Source: Macrostomum lignano
Lineage: Eukaryota
DNA length: 64,000 nt
Direction: 5' to 3'
Assembly (NCBI GenBank): GCA_002269645.1
Contig: NIVC01001935.1
Coordinates: 62,001 to 126,000 of the forward strand
The notes under the pieces are model-generated. The model did no database searches and was not told where the DNA came from. It worked only from the letters and a program-made list of their open reading frames with translations. A program made the position numbers and the translations under genes. This document shows positions 47,511 to 60,522 of this stretch, in pieces; the stretch's first letter is position 1; the number at the start of each line of letters is the position of its first letter.

Positions 47511-50500
47511 ATGCTGTCCACTCTGAACAGCGCGAAAGACAACAGTCCCAGCAACAACATCAAAGGCGCCGCCAAAGCCGCCGCCGCCGCCGCCGCCTCC
47601 AATCAGCAGCAGCAGCTCCGCTCAAACCAGTGGGCGAAGTCCGCCGGTCTCCGCGGCCGCCTGTCGCTGGACCCGGGGCTGCTCGACTTCCGGCCCGGCA
47701 CCGACGGCCGCGTTCTCGACACGGTGCGCCTCCTGCGGGGCCGCCTGGCCGCCCGGCACGGCGACTTCCTGCTGGCCGCCGCTGCCGCTGCCGGATCCGC
47801 CAAGGAAGCTGAGGCGATGATCAAAGAGGCCACCGCCCTGGAGGAGCTTCCGGCAGAAACCACAGCGGTGGCGGCCTCGGCAGAAGTATCTGCTCCGACT
47901 TCCGGCCGCGGCAAGAAAATCGGTGACGGCGATGGCGAGGAGAAAAGGGCGGAGAAAGGACCCGGGTTCGAGCCCGACTGGTCTCGATTCGAGGGTGCCT
48001 TTAGCAAGGGTGAGCGGAGCTGGGATGAGGCTGGGATGAGGCTGGGAATGACACTGAAATGAGGCTGGGATGAGACTGGGATGAGGCTGGGAGTGACACT
48101 GACAGGAGCCTGGGATGAGGCTGTGATGAGACTGGGATGGGGCTGGGAATGAGACTGACATGAGCCTGGGATGAGGCTGGGATGAGGCCGGGAATGAGAC
48201 TGACATGAGCCTGGGATGAGGCTGAGATGAGGCTGGGATGAGGCTGGGAATGAGACTGACATGAGCCTGGGATGAGGCTGGGATGAGGCTGGGGATGAGG
48301 CTGGGATGGGGCTGGGGTGAGGCTGGGGATCATTCTGGGGGTGAGGCTGGGGATGATTCTGGGGATGATTCTGGGGATGAGGCTGAGGATGAGACTGGGG
48401 ATGAGGCTGGGGAAGGGGCTGGGATGAGGCTGATGATGAGGCTGGGGATGAGGCTGGGGAATGGGCTGGGATGAGGCTGATGATGAGACTGGGGATGATT
48501 CTGGGGATTAGGCTAAGGATGATTCTGGGGATGAGGCTAAGGATGATTCTGGGGATTAGGCTAAGGATGATTCTGGGGATGAGGCTAAGGATGAATCTGG
48601 GGATGAGGCTAAGGATGAATCTGGGGATTAGGCTAAGGATGATTCTGGGGATTAGGCTAAGGATGATTCTGAGGATTAGGCTAAGGATGAATCTGGGGAT
48701 GAGGCTAAGGATGAATCTGGGGATGAGGCTAAGGATGAATCTGGGGATGAGGCTAAGGATGAGGCTGGGATGAGCTTAAAGTTTTTTGAGTGCAGCACCA
48801 ACACCGAGCCGCTGCAGGCGAAGACGCGTTCTCTCCCCCCCCCCCCCCCATAAATCAATTATCATGCCAAACGTGCCCCTCGCCCAAAAATAATCCCGGC
48901 GGAGCATCTGACACTTCTCATTCGGGCTCAGCGAAGCGACGCGCAGCTCGCACCTGCTCCATCCCAGCCCCAGCATCCCGGGCTCCCCGGATCCCCTCAG
49001 CAGGCAAAACTCGCGGCCCCATATTGGAAATCGATTGCAGCTCAGATCGGAGGAGATTTCGATTCGAATTTTCGACGCACTTGAGCTCCGAGAGTCGTTC
49101 ATCAAACGGCGCTTCAATCAGCTGAGCTGCCAGCACCCTCCGGGCTTTGATCCGCTTTGATCCGTTTATCTCTTTAAATTGGATCATTAAACTGTTGCTG
49201 GCTCGAGTTTCTCAGGCCTGTTTGTCTGCCAGTCTCGGGGTCCCCGATCTCCGAGCTTTGTCTCCCCTCTGCTATTGACTTCTCCTGGGGGACAGGTTTC
49301 CTGAAGATCGATCGCTTGAAGGAGAGGCGCGACTTTTAACGCGAAATTGTCCCAGTTTAGGGATTCTGGAATCTTGATTTTGTAAATCTTTCTTAAAAAC
49401 CTTGAAACTTAATTGAATCCCAAAAGATTAATTAAACCTCTAGATCTCACCCTATCTTGCCCAATCTCACTCAATCTCACCCAATCTCAACCAATCTCAC
49501 CTAATCTCGCCCAATCTCACCTAATCCCACCCCAATCTCACTCAGTCTCACCCAATCTCAACCAATCTCACCTAATCTCGCCCAATCTCACCTAATCCCA
49601 CCCCAATCTCACTCAGTCTCACCCAATCTCAACCAATCTTGCCCATTCCCACCCCAATCTCGCTTAATCGCACTAATCTCGCTTAATCGCACTAATCTCG
49701 CTTAATCTCACCAAATCTCACCCATTCCCACCCAATCTCACCCAATCTCACCCAATATTACTCAATCTCACCCAATCTCGCTTAATCTCACAAATCTCAC
49801 CCATTCCCAATCTAATCTCACCCAATTTCACCCAACATTACTCATTCTCACCAATATCTAAAAATCTCTTCTATTCTTTAAAAAGTCTCTACGAAGATAT
49901 CTCACCCGAGATGTCAAAGTCTCACCCGAGATGTCAAAGTCTCACCCCAGATGTCAAAGTCTTACCCGAGATGTCAAAGTCTCACCCGAGATGTCAAAGT
50001 CTCACCCGAGATGTCAAAGTCTCACCCGAGATGTCAAAGTCTCACCCGAGATGTCAAAGTCTCACCCCAGATGTCAAAGTCTTACCCGAGATGTCAAAGT
50101 CTCACCCGAGATGTCAAAGTCTCACCCGAGATGTCAAAGTCTCACCCGAGATGTCAAAGTCTCACCCGAGATGTCAAAGTCTCACCCGAGATGTCAAAGT
50201 CTCACCCGAGATGTCAAAGTCTCACCCGAGATGTCAAAGTCTCACCCGAGATGTCAAAGTCTTACCCGAGATATCAAAGTCTCACCCGAGATGTCAAAGT
50301 CTTACCCGAGATATCAAATTCTCACCCATCGCCATCCCCGCAGAGATGCTGCCAGCCGAGCAGGGCTACGAAGGCACGGTCAGTTTCATCACGGAGGTGG
50401 TGGACCTGCTGCTGGAGTACCTGCACCGTATCAATGACCGCAGCAACAAGGTGCTGGACTTTCACCACCCTCACCAGCTGCGGGAGGCCCTCAGCCACTG

Positions 50501-53500
50501 CCTGGAGATCCCCGTGGAGCCGCGCGACCTGGAGCAGATCCTCAGCGACTGCAAGGAGACGCTGAAGTACGCCGTCAAGACCGGCCACCCGCGCTTCTTC
50601 AACCAGCTCTCGTCGGGCCTTGACGTCATCGCCATGGCTGGCGAGTGGCTGACGGCCGCCACCAACACCAACATGTTGGTGTGGGGAATGGCGGGTGTGG
50701 GAAATGGCGGGTTGGGAATGGCGGGTGCGGAGAATGGCGAATAAGAAATGGCGGTTGTGAGGAATGGCGAGTGGGGAATGGCGGGTGGGGAATGGCGGGT
50801 GCGGAGAATGGCGGATGAGAAATGGCGGTTGTGAGTAATGGCGGGTGTGGAGAATGGCAGGTGTAGGGAATGGAAGGTGTGGAGAATGGCAGGTGTGGAG
50901 AATGGCAGGTGTGGGGAATGGCAGGTGTGGGGAATTGCAGGTGTGGGGAATGGAAGGTGTGAAGAATGGCAGGTGTGGGGAATGGCAGGTTTGGAGAATG
51001 GCAGGTGTAGGGAATTTCAGGTGTGTGGAATTTCAGGTGTGTGGAATTTCAGGTGTGGGGAAAGGTGGGTGTGGGGAATGGCAGGTGTGAAGAATGGCGG
51101 GTGTGGGGAATGGCGGGTGTGGAGAATGGCAGGTGTGGAGAATGGCAGGTGTGGGGAATGGCAGGTGTGGGGAATTGCAGGTGTGGGGAATGGAAGGTGG
51201 GAAGAATGGCAGGTGTGGGGAATGGCAGGTTTGGAGAATGGCAGGTGTAGGGAATTTCAGGTGTGTGGAATTTCAGGTGTGTGGAATTTCAGGTGTGGGG
51301 AAAGGTGAGTGTGGGGAATGGCGAGTGTGGGAAATTGGGTGGAGAATGGAGCGCGGGGAGCGTGGAACCAATTGATGGAACACCGGAGAAACCGGCAGTG
51401 CTTTGCCCCCCCCCCCGCGCAGGTTCACCTACGAGATCGCGCCTGTTTTCGTGCTCATGGAGGAGGTCACCCTGCAGAAAATGCGAGAGCACATCGGCTG
51501 GGAGAGCGGCGACGGCATCCTGGCTCCTGGCGGCAGCATCTCCAACCTGTACGCCGCTATGGTGGCCCGGTACAACCGCTTCCCGGAGGTGAAGATGCGG
51601 GGCATGCGCGCCGTGCCGGAGTTGGCGATGTTCACCTCGAAGGACGCGCACTACTCGGTGAAGAAGTCGGCCGCGATCCTGGGCATGGGCATGGACAGCG
51701 TCTACCTGGTGGACACGGACAACAGGTAGTCGAAGCTGTCTTTGTCAGACTTGTGGTTTGGCCCTCCTGGCTATTAAATCCGCGGCAGTCGTCGGCTAAT
51801 TTTCGTGCTCAAGTCACAAATGAATGCTGGGCCGCTCGTGGAATCGAACCAGATGCGTTTCCTGCTCTCGAAAAAGCCTCCCTGGAACTTTCCATATCTT
51901 ATTTCCCGAAATGTCTCAAGAAGAGTTTCTCATCTCTGCCTTTTCAACCCCGCATGTCTCAGGGGCAAGATGCTGCCCGAGCACCTGGAGCAGCTGATCG
52001 GACTCGCCCGCAGCCGCGGTCAGGAGCCCTTCTTCGTCAGCGCCACCGGCGGCACAACCGTGCTGGGCGCCTTCGACCCGCTGGACGCGATCGCGGACGT
52101 GTGCGAGCGGCACGGGCTCTGGTTCCACGTGGACACGGCCTGGGGCGGCGGCGTGCTGCTCAGCCAGCGACACCGCCACCTGCTGGCCGGGGTGCAGCGT
52201 GCCGACTCGGTCACCTGGAATCCCCACAAGCTGATGGGCGTGACGCTGCAGTGCTCGGTGATCCTCCTGCCGGAGAGGCACATCGGCCTGCTGCAAGGCT
52301 GCAACGGCATGCAGGCGGACTACCTGTTCCAGCAGGACAAGCAGTACGACGTGAGCTACGACACGGGCGACAAGAGCATCCAGTGCGGCCGCAGGAACGA
52401 CATCTTCAAGCTCTGGCTGTCCTGGAGGGCCAAGGTGACGGCTGGGGCAGTTTCTCGATGACTGGGGCAGATTCTCAATGACTGGGGCAGAATCTCAATG
52501 ACTGGGGCAGATTCTCAATGACTGGGGCAGATTCTCAATGACTGGGGCAGATTCTCAATGACTGGGGCAGATTCTCAATGACTGGGGCAGATTCTCAATG
52601 ACTGGGGCAGATTCTCAATGACTGGGGCAGATTTCCAATGACTAGGGCAGATTCCCGATGACTGGGGCAGATTCTCAATGACTGGGGCAGATTCTCAATG
52701 ACTGGGGCAGATTCTCAATGACTGGGGCAGATTCTCAATGACTGGGGCAGATTTCCAATGACTGGGGCAGATTCCCGATGACTGGGGCAGATTCTCAATG
52801 ACTGGGGCAGATTCTCAATGACTGGGGCAGATTCTCAATGACTGGGGCAGATTCTCAATGACTGGGGCAGATTCTCAATGACTGGGGCAGATTCTCAATG
52901 ACTGGGGCAGATTCTCAATGACTGGGGCAGATTCCCGATGACTGGGGCAGATTCTCAATGACTGAGGCAGATTCTCAATGACTGGGGCAGATTCTCAATG
53001 ACTGGGGCAGATTCTCAATGACTGGGGCAGATTCTCAATGACTGGGGCAGATTCTCAATGACTGGGGCAGAATCTCAATGACTGGGGCAGATTCTCAATG
53101 ACTGGGGCAGATTTCCAATGACTAGGGCAGATTCCCGATGACTGGGGCAGATTCTCAATGACTGGGGCAGATTCTCAATGACTGGGGCAGATTCTCAATG
53201 ACTGGGGCAGATTCTCAATGACTGGGGCAGATTCTCAATGACTGGGGCAGATTCCCGATGACTGGGGCAGATTCTCAATGACTGGGGCAGATTCTCAATG
53301 ACTGGGGCAGATTCTCAATGACTGGGGCAGATTCTCAATGACTGGGGCAGATTCTCAATGACTGGGGCAGATTCTCAATGACTGGGGCAGATTCTCAATG
53401 ACTGGGGCAGATTCTCAATGACTGGGGCAGATTCTCAATGACTGGGGCAGAATCTCAATGACTGGGGCAGATTCTCAATGACTGAGGCAGATTCTCAATG

Positions 53501-56500
53501 ACTGGGGCAGATTCTCAATGACTGGGGCAGATTCCCGATGACTGGGGCAGATTCTCAATGACTGAGGCAGATTCTCAATGACTGGGGCAGATTCTCAATG
53601 ACTGGGGCAGATTCCCAGTGACTGGGGCAGATTCTCAATGACTGGGGCAGATTCCCGATGACTGGGGCAGATTCTCAATGACTGAGGCAGATTCTCAATG
53701 ACTGGGGCAGATTCTCAATGACTGGGGCAGATTCCCAGTGACTGGGGCAGATTTCCAATGACTGGGGCAGATTCTCAATGACTGGGGCAGATTTCCAATG
53801 ACTAGGGCAGATCTCAATGACTGGGGCAGATTCCCAATGACTAGGGCAGATCTCAATGACTGGAGCAGATTCTCTAGGACTGAGAACCCTAAGATTCTCA
53901 GAGACTGAGAACAAGGTTAATTGGAAATATTACTCTCGATAGGATCTTGCAGATCGGATACACACTGCAGTTTCACTTGAGCACATAATGCATTTTGCTG
54001 CAATTGCAGGGTGATGAAGGCTACGGGGAGCAGGTTGACTACCTCATCGACCTGGCCAAGTGAGTCTCCATCACCAGACGCTGATATATAAGTTAAGTCA
54101 GACCTGCTCACACCACACCACACCTGCGTTGCAGTTACCTGTGCCAGCAGCTGAAGAAGCGTCCCGGCTACGAGATGGTGATGGAGAAAGTAAGCGGCGG
54201 ATTCTGGGAGCCTTAGTGAGCTGCTTAGAAACGCCCCCGGATCAGCTTCATCAGCTTTCTAATGCTGTTTTTTCATGGCGACAGATGCACAGTGCTCCAC
54301 TTGAGTCTCTATGATAAGGCTAAGATGATGCTGAAGATGATTCTGTGAATGATTTTGGGGATGATGCTGATATGAGGCTGAGATGGTGCTGAGATGAGTC
54401 TTAAGATGAGGTCGAGATAATGCTGGAAATAATTCTGGGATGATGCTGATATGAGGTTGGGCTGATGCTGATATGAGGCTGAGATGATGCTGATATGAGG
54501 TTGGCATGATGCTGGAGATGATGCTGATATGAGGTTGGCATGATGCTGGAGATGATGCTGATATGAGGTTGGGATGATGCTGATATGAGGCTGGGATGAT
54601 GCTGATATGAGGTTGGCATGATGCTGGAGATGATGCTGATATGAGGCTGGGATGATGCTGATATGAGGTTGGGCTGATGCTGATATGAGGCTGGGATGAT
54701 GCTGATATGAGGTTGGGCTGATGCTGATATGAGGTTGGGCTGATGCTGATATGAGGCTGGGATGATGCTGGAGATGATGCTGATATGAGGCTGGGATGAT
54801 GCTGATATGAGGTTGGGATGATGCTGATATGAGGCTGGGATGATGCTGATATGAGGTTGGCATGATGCTGGAGATGATGCTGATATGAGGTTGGCATGAT
54901 GCTGGAGATGATGCTGATATGAGGTTGGCATGATGCTGGAGATGATGCTGATATGAGGTTGGCATGATGCTGGAGATGATGCTGATATGAGGTTGGGATG
55001 ATGCTGGAGATGATGCTGATATGAGGTTGGGATGATGCTGGAGATGATGCTGATATGAGGTTGGGATGATGCTGATATGAGGTTGGCATGATGCTGATAT
55101 GAGGCTGGGATGATGCTGATATGAGGTTGGCATGATGCTGGAGATGATGCTGATATGAGGTTGGGATGATGCTGATATGAGGCTGGGATGATGCTGAGAT
55201 GAGGCTGAGATCATGCTGAGATGAGGCTGAGATGATGCTGGAGATGAGGCTGAGATGAGGCTGAGATGATGCTGGAGATGAGGCTGAGATGAGGCTGAGA
55301 TGAGGCTGAGATGATGCTGGAGATGAGGCTGAGATGAGGCTAAAGATGATGCTGAGGTGAGGCTGAGATGATGCTGATATGAGGCTGGGATCAGCCTAGA
55401 ATTTTTAGAACCACTGTTCAGTTGATCGGTAGCTCAAAGCAGCTTTCTAGCGCCGTTTTCATGGCGACAGACGCGCAATGCTCCACTTGTCTTGAGCCAC
55501 TCCGATCCCCCAAAATCCGCATTCGTTAATAATTGATGCGACAGGCCAGGTGTCTGAAACCCGCCGTGGCGCCTGAGCTCTGAACTGCTCGCATGGCCAC
55601 CCCCCACCCGGGTTTGGGAAGGCCAGAGGTAGCTAATTACCGCAGTTCGCTGATCCCAGAGACAGCGCGACAGGCGCAATCTGGCGGCTGCTGTGACTGG
55701 GCAGCGGCTCAACCACCGCCCTGCTCACCGCCTCTTGCAGCCCGACTTTGTCAACGTCTGCTTCTGGTACGTGCCGGAGAAGTTCCGCTCGATGAAGCCG
55801 GGACCGGAGAGGGACAGCGCCATCAACGAGGTGAGGCCGCGTTGATGGAGTCGAGGAGATGCTGCATCCCCACTGATTGGACGACTTCAATCTGTCTGTC
55901 TCCCTCTCTGTCTCCCTCTCTGTCTCCCTCTCTGTCTCCCTCTCTGTCTCCCTCTCTGTCTCCCTCTCTGTCTCCTTCTCTGTCTCCCTCTCTGTCTCCC
56001 CTCTGTCTCCCTCTCTGTCTCCCTCTCTGTCTCCCTCTCTGTCTCCCTCTCTGTCTCCCTCTCTGTCTCCCTCTCTGTCTCCCTCTCTGTCTCCTTCTCT
56101 GTCTCCCTCTCTGTCTCCCTCTCTGTCTCCCTCTCTGTCTCCCTCTCTGTCTCCCTCTCTGTCTCCCTCTCTGTCTCCCTCTCTGTCTCCCTCTCTGTCT
56201 CCCTCTCTGTCTCCCTCTCTGTCTCCCTCTCTGTCTCCCTCTCTGTCTCCCTCTCTGTCTCCCTCTCTGTCTCCCTCTCTGTCTCCTTCTCTGTCTCCCT
56301 CTCTGTCTCCCTCTCTGTCTCCCTCTCTGTCTCCCTCTCTGTCTCCCTCTCTGTCTCCCTCTCTGTCTCCCTCTCTGTCTCCCTCTCTATCTCGCTCTCT
56401 GTCTCCCTCTCTGTCTCCCTCTCTGTCTCCCTCTCTGTCTCCCTCTCTGTCTCCCTCTCTGTCTCCCTCTCTGTCTCCCTCTCTGTCTCCCTCTCTGTCT

Positions 56501-58464
56501 CCCTCTCTGTCTCCCTCTCTGTCTCCCTCTCTGTCTCCCTCTCTGTCTCCCTCTCTGTCTCCCTCTCTGTCTCCCTCTCTGTCTCCCTCTCTGTCTCCCT
56601 CTCTGTCTCCCTCTCTGTCTCCCTCTCTGTCTCCCTCTCTGTCTCCCTCTCTGTCTCCCTCTCTGTCTCCCTCTCTGTCTCCCTCTCTGTCTATTATCTC
56701 TGTCTACTTTATACTCCCCCCTGTCGCAGACCCCAGGCGCAAGCAGAAACGCAAAAGATGAATCAGAAAAGGTTTTTCTTCTTTTGGAATCATGATACAG
56801 CTGGGAGCATGATAAATCAAAACTTGATTGCGCAGCTGGTCAAGCGGGATTTCCCTTGCGGCCGGTAAGCTTCTCAAAAAACACTTGTTATCTCATCTGC
56901 CTGCAGCCCGGAACCCGAGCTGTTTGAGTCGCTTCAATAACCACTTGGCCGCTGGGGGGAATTCTTGTCCAACCAGCTGATCCTGGGAATTGCGTCGAAA
57001 CAACAATGTTGGGATCCGAGCAGAGTGGCTGGGGATATCTCTAAGAGGGTGTGAGCTTGAGCAGGTGAGGATTAATGACAGCTTAGCATTTCCCAGCTGT
57101 CCCAACATCCCCAATCCATTATCTCCTCACAGTTTAATCCCACAGGAATCCTCTCGATCTGGTCTAGTTTCCCACCCCGAAAAAATACCAGTTCCCCAGC
57201 GCTGGGAGCCTTGGTGAGGGGATTGCAGATTGCAAGTTCGGGGACATTCATGGGAAAACTTTGCCAAAATTTCCCGATGGCGATCTCCGATCCCCAGCTT
57301 GGCCTCAGTATCGATTTTTTATTCTTCTGCGGGATTTTCGATAAAGTCTTTTTGAAGCGCTATGAGGTGCAGGTTGCGTGCTTTTAATGCCAAAGGTTGA
57401 GCATTTTTCTTCTTTCATTCCTGGTCTGCGCCATTGCCCTCCGATTGCCTAAGGCTGCCGGCCACCTCCCTTTCTCCGTCTCAATCCCCATCTCAACCCT
57501 CATCTCAATTCCCATTTCAATTCCAATCTCAATCCCCATCTCAACCCTCATCTCAATTCCCATTTCAATTCCAATCTCAATCCCCATCTCAACCCCCATC
57601 TCAACCCCCATCTCAACCCCCATCTCAACCCCCATCTCAACCCCCATCTCAACCCCCATCTCAACCCCCATCTCAATCCCCATCTCAACCCTCATCTCAA
57701 TCCCCATCTCAACCTCCATCTCAACCCCCATCTCAACCCCCATCTCAACCTCTTCATCTCAATCCCCATCTCAAATCCCCCTCTCAACCTCTATCTCAAC
57801 CCCCATCTCAATCCCCATCTCAACCCTAATCTCAATCCCAATCTCAATCTCCATCTCAATCCCAATCTCAACCCCCATCTCAATCAAAATCTCAATCCCA
57901 ATCTCAATCCCCATCTCAATCCCAATCTCAACCCCCATCTCAATCCCCATTTCAATCCCAATCCCAATCCCCATCTTAATCAAAATCTCAATACTAATCT
58001 CAATCCCAATCTCAATCCCAATCTCAATCCCAATCTCAATCCCAATCTCAACCCCCATCTCAAACCCCCATCTCAATCCCCATCTCAACCCCATCTCAAC
58101 CCCATCTCAAACCCCCCTCTCAACCCCATCTCAACCCCATCTCAACCCCCATCTCAAACCCCCCTCTCAACCCCATCTCAACCCCATCTCAACCCCCATC
58201 TCAACCCCCATCTCAACCCCTCTTCTCCCCGCCCAGGTGGCCCCCAAAGTGAAGGCGCTGATGATGGAGAGTGGCACCACAATGGTGGGCTACCAACCCC
58301 TCGGCAACCTGCCGAACTTCTTCCGCATGATCGTGTCGAACCCGGCGGCGACGGAGGCCGACATCGACTTTCTGCTGGACTGCATCGAGAAGTACTCGGC
58401 TGAGATCTTCGACGATCAGCCCGATGAGGCCGGGATTGGCGGAGGCGGCGGGCCAGCCCAGTGA
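47511..58464 (+). CDS. GAD: Glutamate decarboxylase (PLP-dependent group II), ~675 aa with long low-complexity N-terminus
   Basis: Exons 47511-48009, 50344-50674, 51423-51725, 51963-52434, 54010-54059, 54135-54189, 55741-55830, 58237-58464; 2028 nt in frame. GAD-diagnostic [42 protein letters not shown] lysine in [36 protein letters not shown]. Confidence 0.95.
48020..48772. repeat. G-rich GATGAGGCTGG-type minisatellite, 5' part of GAD intron
   Basis: Read directly. Confidence 0.9.
49440..50330. repeat. C-rich AATCTCACCC repeat (49440-49860) followed by a 20-bp CGAGATGTCAAAGTCTCACC array (~49890-50330), 3' part of the same GAD intron
   Basis: Read directly. Confidence 0.9.
50680..51330. repeat. 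G-rich ~20-bp minisatellite (GGGGAATGGCAGGTGT), GAD intron
   Basis: Read directly. Confidence 0.9.
52440..53875. repeat. 20-bp minisatellite (ATGACTGGGGCAGATTCTCA), ~70 copies, GAD intron
   Basis: Read directly; it begins immediately after donor 52435. Confidence 0.97.
54310..55390. repeat. G-rich GATGATGCTGATATGAGGTTGG-type minisatellite, GAD intron
   Basis: Read directly. Confidence 0.92.
55890..56695. repeat. 12-bp pyrimidine repeat (CTCTCTGTCTCC)n, GAD last intron
   Basis: Read directly. Confidence 0.96.
57478..58222. repeat. C-rich 12-bp repeat (CCCCATCTCAAY)n, GAD last intron
   Basis: Read directly; it runs into acceptor 58236. Confidence 0.93.
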
Positions 58465-59846
58465 AAGCAGCGGAGCCGGGCAACATGACCAACTGGCACT
58501 CACAGTTCATAACGCGTCCCTACCAAAACCGGCTATATATTAATCCCAATTCGTTAGTAGTTAGTGTCATGCAGCTGTGCTTACTGTGAGTAGCGTGTAG
58601 TGAGCTTGTAAGGGTAAGAGGAGCTTTTTATTTCAAGCAAGCTGCATCTCTTATTCCCAGCACTGAAGTTGAGAGATTTCAGATCTCGCCAATGCACTTC
58701 AAATTGAAAATAAGGCCCTCAATAATTCCATAAATTCGAAGAATTGTGTACTTTTACTGCCAGCTGCGATTGAGCGCGGCCCTCTCCGAGTTAAAAATGC
58801 TTTGATTGGCACAAGAGAAGGAAAAGTTGACAGAAAGCTGGAGTCATTCGGGATATCATGTCTACTTCCATAAATGTACTTTTTAATAGTTTGGTTCCTC
58901 GCAAAGAAATCCAGAGATATTTTGGAGAAGTCTTGATTGTTTAACATCATAATCGAGTTTTGATAGAAAGTGAAAAATCGAAGTGAAAAAAATGAGCAGT
59001 TTCCAGGAATCTGAGAGGTGTGAGCTAAAATGTTTAAATTCGCTCTCCCACGTTTAACCATTTGTTTTCGCCAGTTAAATTTTGTTGTTTAAATTTGCGC
59101 CAGAATTGGTGCGTTCAGTTTTAACTTTCTGTTCAGTTAAACAAAAACAATGAATTTTACTAATTCGCGCCATCCGACTAAAACCAGTGCAATTTTAAAC
59201 AAATCGTTTTTCGAAACACCATTTCAGACGTTTAGACAAGGATTTGTTATTTTGTTTAACCAGATTTAATATTTTGAGTGAGAATTTCAATTATTTAATT
59301 GTCAAAACGCGATATTATTTGACGCAAATATTTTCTGAGTTTTTAATTTTTTAAACAAACAATAATCCGATTATTTTTCCGCAATATTCGCATCTCACCT
59401 AGTAGCAGTAGTTTTACTCTCCTATGCTTATTTATGCGCCTAACCACGCGGAAAGTTTCAAAATTCAAACGAAATTATTTTACCAAGTGCTAAGAAAGAG
59501 AAAGACAATTAGCGCTGCTCGAGTTTGGACTGCCAGCACAGCAGTGTCCCTGCACTTGAAACATTTTTTATGGTCAACGAACAGAGCGCGAGTTTCATTT
59601 ATTGCTCTCGTATAGATAATCTGCCCTTGAGCGCATAGCCTAGTTAGAAGCCTGCTAATCTCTACTAACTCTCCGTTTTATTTGTTTTATCAGCTGAAAT
59701 TTAAATTAAACCCGACTAACTACGCAGATCGGCAAGTAGAAACCTCGCTTTAGATTTTCTTTCGTCTCAATTTTGGCATTTCTGTTCGCACTTTTTTCTT
59801 TATTCTGGGCTGTTCGATTTTGACCAATAAAGAGGCAATGCCGCAA

Positions 59847-60522
59847 TAGAGTTCAGCAGCACCTACGGCAGCCATGGAGTGCTAATATTCCATAGAGTTC
59901 AGCAGCGCCTACGGCAGCCATGGAGTGCTAATATTCCATAGAGTTCAGCAGCGCCTACGGCAGCCATGGAGTGCTAATATTCCATAGAGTTCAGCAGCGC
60001 CTACGGCAGCCATGGAGTGCTAATATTCCATAGAGTTCAGCAGCGCCTACGGCAGCCATGGAGTGCTAATATTCCATAGAGTTCAGCAGCGCCTACGGCA
60101 GCCATGGAGTGCTAATATTCCATAGAGTTCAGCAGCGCCTACGGCAGCCATGGAGTGCTAATATTCCATAGAGTTCAGCAGCGCCTACGGCAGCCATGGA
60201 GTGCTAATATTCCATAGAGTTCAGCAGCGCCTACGGCAGCCATGGAGTGCTAATATTCCATAGAGTTCAGCAGCGCCTACGGCAGCCATGGAGTGCTAAT
60301 ATTCCAGAGTTCAGCAGCGCCTACGGCAGCCATGGAGTACTAATATTCCATAGAGTTCAGCAGCGCCTACGGCAGCCATGGAGTGCTAATATTCCATAGA
60401 GTTCAGCAGCGCCTACGGCAGCCATGGAGTACTAATATTCCATAGAGTTCAGCAGCGCCTACGGCAGCCATGGAGTACTAATATTCCATAGAGTTCAGCA
60501 GCGCCTACGGCAGCCATGGAGT
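59847..60522. repeat. 46-bp minisatellite, ~15 copies
   Basis: Unit ATAGAGTTCAGCAGCGCCTACGGCAGCCATGGAGTGCTAATATTCC; no unique spacers. Confidence 0.95.

Noticed and set aside
15672-58236. Long periodic ORFs (15672-16930 part, 21956-24035, 46199-47420, 54259-55214, 55593-56795, 57397-58236)
   Set aside because: They coincide with tandem arrays, mostly inside introns bounded by phase-compatible splice sites; open frames follow from unit composition.
59847-60522. CRISPR-like appearance of the 46-bp, 56-bp and 30-bp arrays near an Argonaute
   Set aside because: Units are directly adjacent with no unique spacers, there are no cas genes, and the Argonaute is an intron-containing eukaryotic AGO, not a prokaryotic pAgo.
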